From positions 434,001 through 498,000 of the forward strand of contig CM052844.1 in assembly GCA_028534125.1 (NCBI GenBank): 64,000 bases of DNA, in the 5' to 3' direction. The stretch's first letter is position 1. The number at the start of each line of letters is the position of its first letter. The position numbers and the translations under genes were made by a program. Shown here one piece after another: positions 58,011 through 64,000 of this stretch. Under the pieces are notes generated by a model that saw only the letters and a program-made list of their open reading frames with translations, was not told where the DNA came from and searched no databases. The stretch comes from Lama glama. Taxonomy: Eukaryota.

Positions 58011-59332
58011 CGCTAAATTACTAACAGATTGCATGGCAGTCCCGGGACGTGGAGTTATTGTCATTTTTATTCTGTAAATATCTGAACGACCCAGATTGCC
58101 TGTTGCATGGCTGGCTTAGCGTGTGTGGGGAGGTGGGGGGGCGTGGAGAACCGCGACCCCCACCCCGGGCTTTCAGCCGCCGGCCAGTGGCCCGCCCCAG
58201 GGGGTCAGGGGCCTTTGGGGGTGCGCGATTTTCGGGTTTCTAACCAATGAGGGGTGGGGGCTGGTCTGAGAGCTGAAAGCTGGTGCTCGGGGAAGCCGCT
58301 CCAACGCCGGGCTGTTTCACTTTACACTTTCCGCTTTCAAACTCTCCTGCTTTTCCTTGGCGCAGTTCAGTGGCCAAAACAGGACCATATTTTTGTGTTG
58401 GCCTTGGATGGAAGGGACTGGAGTGTTAGGGCGGCTAAAATGTATGGTCTATAAAATCATAAATCTATTGCACGACACCCTATGTGGTTTAAAATAAACC
58501 CAAAGCAAAAGACTTGTCTGCCGCGGGGACCAGGAGGCCCGCAGGACGCGCGGGTGGGTGCTCGGGACCCGGGGAAAGGGGTGGGGGTGAGACATTTGAC
58601 CCAACAGTGGGTTTCGCTGGCTCCTCGGGGTGCGATATTAAATAATAGGAAGGGGCCCAGAGGGAGCGATGCCCACGTCACCTCCGCCGTTTATCGGTTC
58701 CTCCCAGCGGCCTCGACTCAACAAGGCTGAAATCTCTTGTTTCAGGCACAGGTCTCCCCTGCGGGTGTCTTGTGGGTGTCAGGACACTTTTCAGGTGCCA
58801 CTACCTATAGATCTGCTCCCACACCAAGAGCGGGGCCTGGCACGCGCCTCGTGCCCAAGGCGCAAGGAGTGGGAACCCAGAGTGGATACTGTGGCTGGGG
58901 GCGGGGGACCCCGCGAGGATGCCCGACTGCGGGGGTGGGGGCGCACCCAGCGCTGGAGGCCGCCAGGGGGCGCCAGGGCTGCGCCGCCCACGCCCCTCCC
59001 TCGCCCCTCCCTTTGAAAAGATCTTTCTGCCGGGATCCTGGCGTCCGCAGACCCGGGTGCCAGGATTTTGCGTGGAGAGTTCCCGCCCCACTGCCCGCCC
59101 CCCTCCCACCTCAGGACCGGCCAAGACGAGGCGGCCGAGTCGTAGGGGGGTTGCTAAGGGAGGTCTGGAAAGTTGTATTAAAATAAAGACTGACCCCCAC
59201 ACCCTCCCGTCCCCCCTCTCGCGCTTTCGCACGCGCGGGGCCGCCCCCCGACCCAGAGCCCGCGGGACCCCCTCGGCCGGGGGCGCCCGTTGGCTGTGGA
59301 GGGGCCGAGCTGGGGGCCGTTGGCCGCCGCTA

Positions 59333-59369
59333 CTCCTCCATCTCCTCCTCCTCTTCCTCCTCCTCCTCC
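59333..59369 (+). repeat. Imperfect (CTC)n trinucleotide tract
   Basis: ctcctccatctcctcctcctcttcctcctcctcctcc. Confidence 0.8.
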
Positions 59370-60822
59370 AATAAATAATTTTCACTCCATCCAGAAAAGC
59401 TCTTTTCCTGTCTGCTCTCAATGCGCGCCTTATTCCCCCGCCCGGGTGACGGAATCCCCGTCTGTTTCCCTCTGTTTAATGCCGTTGCCGGGACCACGGT
59501 GGCCGCGCGCCAGGGCGCAGGGAGTTCCGGAGGCGGCGGCGCAGCTCCGCGGCCAGCGCGCCCCCGGGTCCGCCTCGGGCCGGTCCTGTGGCCACCGCGG
59601 GGCCAGCGGCCTCCATCCCCGCGGCCGCAGCCCCCCGCGCTCCTCTTCCTTCTCTCTGGGTCCTCCGGCCTCCTTTCGAGGTGTGTTTATAGCTGCTACT
59701 AGGAGAGACGTTACACGGATTTTATTTTAAGAATTGGTGATGACTAACGAAGTTAAAAGGAGCTTAGGACAGAAAACAAGACTATTTTTAGATTACTGTT
59801 GTTTCTGTGGATTATTGGGGCAAATACACCCAAAGCAGCTTACCATTTTCAAAGTCCCTTTGGATGCCGGGTCCTTTCCCCTGGAGCACACTTGAATCCA
59901 TCCGCCCTGCCCAATTATTTTCTCCAGACTCGGCAGTCGTGTGGCTGTGTTCTCGTGTTTAAGCACAACTGCTATGGCGACGCGGTCCTCTGAGCCGTGG
60001 GCGGGCCGGGCCGGGTCAGCAGGACCTGGGAAGCTCGCCCCGGCTGGAGCTGCCCTGAGGCGGGCGCTCTGTCCCCGGGCCTAGGCGCTCTGCGGGCGAC
60101 CGGCTTGGCCCGCCTGGCCTGGGGCTTCCAGTCATCTCCTGTGGCGCCTTCTGCAGACTCGGGCCACAGGCTGTCCTCAGCAGGTGCGGCTCCCCAGCCC
60201 ACCCTTTCTTCCTGTTACTCAGCCGCGCCCCAGGTGCCATTTCTTGCTCATGGAAATGCCTCAGACATCTGCGGGGTGAATGTAAATGCTGTGTTCTTGC
60301 CGGACCCACAGCCAAGCCACGCGGAGGCCGACTTACACTTTCCCACTGACAAGCACTTTGCACATCGGACTCCACTGAAGCACAGGTGTGCGTCCTTCCT
60401 GCGGCGCCTCGTGACCGGCGGGCAGGAAGCACACAGGCTGAACAGAGGTGCTGGGGTAGGCCTGGGGACACTGGCATTTAGCCAGAGTGTGGACATTGGC
60501 ATTAAGAAATCAGACTTGGGGACAAGTTATTTACTTTGAAGTAAACTTAGCTGAGGTTTTATAAAAAGTCAGTGCAAGTAAATCTCCTGGCTGTGGCTGG
60601 AGTTGAGGGAGGAGCTGTACACCTGTGCCGGCACCTTCAGGCTTTCCTTTTCAGTCTGGCGTGTCCTTAGTGGTCCACGCATTTAGCCGTTTGGCTTTTA
60701 TCTGTGAAAGCTCTGTCACCCACTCCCTCTTACCTGGAACATTGCAGAGGCCTTCTCTTCCTGCCTAAACTCACCTGACCACCCATTCCAAGCTCCACCA
60801 CCAGGTCTAGAACTGTAATTGT

Positions 60823-60854
60823 TAATCAATCAATCAATCAACCAACCAACCAAC
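60823..60854 (+). repeat. Compound (AATC)n(AACC)n microsatellite
   Basis: taatcaatcaatcaatcaaccaaccaaccaac. Confidence 0.8.
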
Positions 60855-61074
60855 TTCCCTCCCCTAAGCACATGGCCAGGGCGTCAGGATCCAGGCCCAA
60901 TACTCAGCACGGCAACGGACGTCCTTCCCCTCCCCCGGAGCACCACCCACCCGTTACTGCTACCCACCTGAGTCGGTCCCCCCTCTGCCTGGGTCCTCCT
61001 TACCCCTCTGAGAGGTCGTTGCCCACCGCCACAGCCCCTTCCCACTGCCTGCTCGTGTGGTGGCCTTGGACAGC

Positions 61075-63280
61075 TCGCATTTGCTTTATAGCCTGGAACA
61101 CAGCCTAGGATATTCTCTCTGGAGAACGTTCCATGTGACCTTGAGAAGAAGGTCTGTTCGGCTGCTGTTGGGCGGCGTGCCCCATGGATGTCCAGGAGGC
61201 CTGGCTGGGGCTCCAGTCTTCTGGTTTCTTGTTGGTCTCCTGTCTGGTTGGTACATCCATTATTCAAAGTGCAGTGTTGGCGGCTCCCTCTACGGCTGTG
61301 GAGCCGTCTGTTTTTCCCTTCCTTCCATCAGCTTGTGCTTCGTGTACTTGGGGCTCTGTTGTGGGGCGCACGTATGTTTGTGACTGCTGTGTCCTCCGGG
61401 AGGACTGACTCTGTTATCATGATTAGATATCCCTCTTCATCTTTGATAGCACGTTCTGTGTTAAAATCTGTTTTGTCTGACATTAGCACAGCAATTCCAG
61501 CTCCCAGTACTTGTTCTTTGCATAATGTTTTCCACCCTTGTAGTCCGTTTGTACTTTGAATCTCAAGTGTGCTTCCTGTAGCCTGCTCTCTGTCCAGGCT
61601 GACAGTCCCTGCCTTTTGGTCAGCTTGGTAAGTGCGTCCACACGCAGTGTCATTGTTGACATGGTTGGCTCTGTTGCTCCCATGTCACTGTTTGTTTTCT
61701 GTTTTCCCATGTCTGTTTTATTCCTCTGTTCCTCCTTTATTGCTTTCTTTCATGCTGAGTGAGTATTTCCTAAAGCAGCGTTATGAACCCTTTAATGACT
61801 TTTTACTTTTCGTTGTTGTTGTTGCTATTTCCTTAGTAGTTGTCCCAGGGTTTATCACATACGTTTTAACATCAGAATCAGCTTCAGATTTACACTGGCT
61901 TAATTCCAGTGATACGTATGAACATCGGTCCCACGTGGGTTTATCCCCTTTCCCCTTCGAGCGGTCTTATGTTAGAGAAACGACAGTTAGTAACACTACA
62001 AGCCCAGCGGCACACTGGAGTCATGACCCCTTTGCCACCTGGAGTCATTTCCTCAGTCCCGTCCAGCTCTGCTCCACCCACTTCCTTTATACTGTTATTG
62101 GCACAAATATTGCACGTATATTTCATTTCCACTAATTACAGGCCCTACAGTGCATTAGATCTATATTATTTTATACAATTGCCTTTTAAATCAGTTATGA
62201 GAAGAAAGAAGAAAAGGTACATTTGTATTGCCTTATAAAATGACATAGTCACCTTTACCAGCACTCTGTTTCTTCATGTGGATTCAGTTTCTGTCCAGGG
62301 CCACTTGCTTTCAGCCTGAAGAATTCCTTTATCTTTTTAAGGTGGGCCTACCAGCAGCAAATTCTCAGTTTTTGTTTATCTTGGAAAATCGGCATTTCAC
62401 CATTTTCTTTCCTTCTTTCTTTCTTTTGAAAGATAGCTTTGCTGAGTATAGGATTCCTGGTTGACAGTTTTTTTTCCTTTGAGCACTTTGGGTATATCTC
62501 CTGCTGCCTCCTGGCCTGCACTGCCTCTGCCTTAGGGGGTCCGTCACAGTGGGGTCCCCTGTGAGCAACACATCAGCTTCCTCTCAGTTACTTTCAAGAT
62601 TTTCCCCTTGTCTTTGTTTTCAGTGTTTTCACTGTGACGTGTCAGTTGGCGGGTCTTTCCGCATTTATCATCAATCAAGCTTCCTGGGAAGGTAGGTGAT
62701 GGTTTTTCCGTAAATTTGTGACGTTTCTGGCCGTTATATCTCTGGATACTTTTCCTTTTCCTTCCTCGCTCCCGCTTCCCTCTGGCGGTCCCCATCCGTG
62801 GGCTGGCGCCCTGGGCTGGACGCTGTCCCCCGGGTCCTCATCTGTTTTCTCTGTCCTCAGCTTCCACCATCTCCGCCGATCTGTCTTCAAGTCCACTAGC
62901 TCTTTCTTCCGCCAGGTCAGACCTGCTGTTCAGGTGAGTCTGAAGACCCTCTGGTGAGTCTTTTCCATCAGTTGTTGTACCTTTGACTCCAGAGTTTCCA
63001 TTTGGTTCTCTTTTATGGTTTCTGTCTCTTCACTGACGGTCTCAGTTGATGGGATGCTGTTGTCGCACATCCCATTGCTTCTCCAGTCAAGCTTTCCTTT
63101 AGTTCTGTGAGCACACTTGTTGCAGCCTTTTTCTGTTAAAGCCAGCATCTGTTCATTTGCACAGGCAGCTTCTATTGCCTGATTTTTTTTTTTTCTGTTT
63201 GGATCATGCTCTCCTGCTTCTTGGCATGCCTTGTAATTTTTTGTTGGAGACCGGACATTTTAGATGATGTGTTGTAGCAA
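61075..63280 (-). mobile_element. Decayed L1M fragment covering ORF1 and the ORF2 endonuclease start; may extend towards about 63900
   Basis: Minus-strand peptides PTAAEQTFFSRSHGTFSRENILG (ORF2 EN, cf. TFFSSAHGTFSRIDHILG), TMSTMTLRVDALTKLTKRQGLSAW...LQEAHLRFK (ORF2 N-terminus), QPGILYSAKLSFK (ORF1 C-terminus) and ETIKENQMETLESK (ORF1 coiled coil); many frameshifts. Confidence 0.85.
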
Positions 63281-64000
63281 ATGTGGGTCCTGGTACCCTC
63301 CCCACCTGGGGCTTCTTGTTAATATTTGCTTATTTATTTGTTCAGTAAGGGGCTGGATTATTTTAGTGCCATCTACTCCCCCTCCGAGTGTTCAGCCTCT
63401 GCTCCTGTTCCTCAGGGGACACAGCTTGGTGCTCAGGCTCCTCGCGGGAGGGGGCAGTGGTGCTGGCCGGTCTTTCTTTACCTGACTTTGGGTGGAACCG
63501 TCATTTCTGAGGTCAGTGCTGATGTGCGTTCTGACCCCAGGACGGCTCCTCTGGCTGACCTGCGTCAGTCCTCCCCTGCGCGCTGGCCAGCCCACAGCCC
63601 AGGCCGTGTCTTCTTCACTCAGTCCCTGCATCCCCTCCCTTTCCTTCAGTGCAACCTCCGCTGCTCTTGAGATACCCTTGGGCTTGAACTTCTCCACTTT
63701 CTGTTGCAAATGAAGTCAGTTCCTCTGGGAATTGATGGGGGCATCTGTTTTACAGTCTGCTCTCCCCGCCCCGCCCCCCAGGCGACACCTCTGTGCCAGG
63801 ACTGTGGACCTGGGGGTGGGGCAGTGGCAAGCCCGTCCTTGGTGACCCCCATTCTCAGCTGAGGCTCTGCAGGGGCGGGGCAGCAGTCTGAGGTCCTCTC
63901 TGCTGCCACTCCTGGCACGGGACCACCCTCTGAAGCCCGGGCAAGGGTGACGGGGCTCCCAGTGTTCTCAAGGTGCCTCCACTCCCCTGCGTGAGGTGGG

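Larger units (their letters stand above)
56750..59700. promoter_or_regulatory. CpG island(s) spanning exon 1, P1 and the upstream region
   Basis: Very high GC and dense CG dinucleotides by eye, interrupted by a short AT-richer stretch at about 58000-58520; boundaries approximate. Confidence 0.8.

Noticed and set aside
56801-58016. Long overlapping ORFs of 228-381 aa across exon 1 and P1
   Set aside because: Low-complexity R/G/P/A translations of a CpG island, open in several frames at once, with no domain.

Overview
Mammalian genomic DNA, very GC-rich and unusually CpG-rich, probably a cetartiodactyl or other laurasiatherian judging from the protein. Nearly the whole window is the NFATC1 (NFAT2/NFATc) gene on the minus strand. 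It has two alternative first coding exons (alpha, [10 protein letters not shown], from promoter P1; beta, [10 protein letters not shown], from promoter P2), the 1099-nt regulatory-domain exon and six Rel-homology/IPT exons. All boundaries are GT-AG and the phases are compatible. Reading through the last visible donor gives the short isoform A: 127+1099+160+203+173+141+56+192 = 2151 nt, or 716 aa plus stop for alphaA and 704 aa for betaA. The exons for the long B/C isoforms lie beyond the left edge. The rest is intron and upstream DNA with two CpG islands, old L1/L2/MIR/MLT relics (several strongly shifted towards GC), three G/C-skewed tandem repeats, microsatellites and a 133-N assembly gap. 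Almost all ORFs in the supplied track are GC-driven noise. I see no evidence of a new protein-coding system. The most interesting signals are regulatory or evolutionary: an intronic kB/AP-1/NFAT cluster, a (GGGGTC)n array abutting the beta start codon, a minisatellite next to a branch point, loss of a PKA-site serine, two candidate poly(A) sites and GC-converted transposon fossils.
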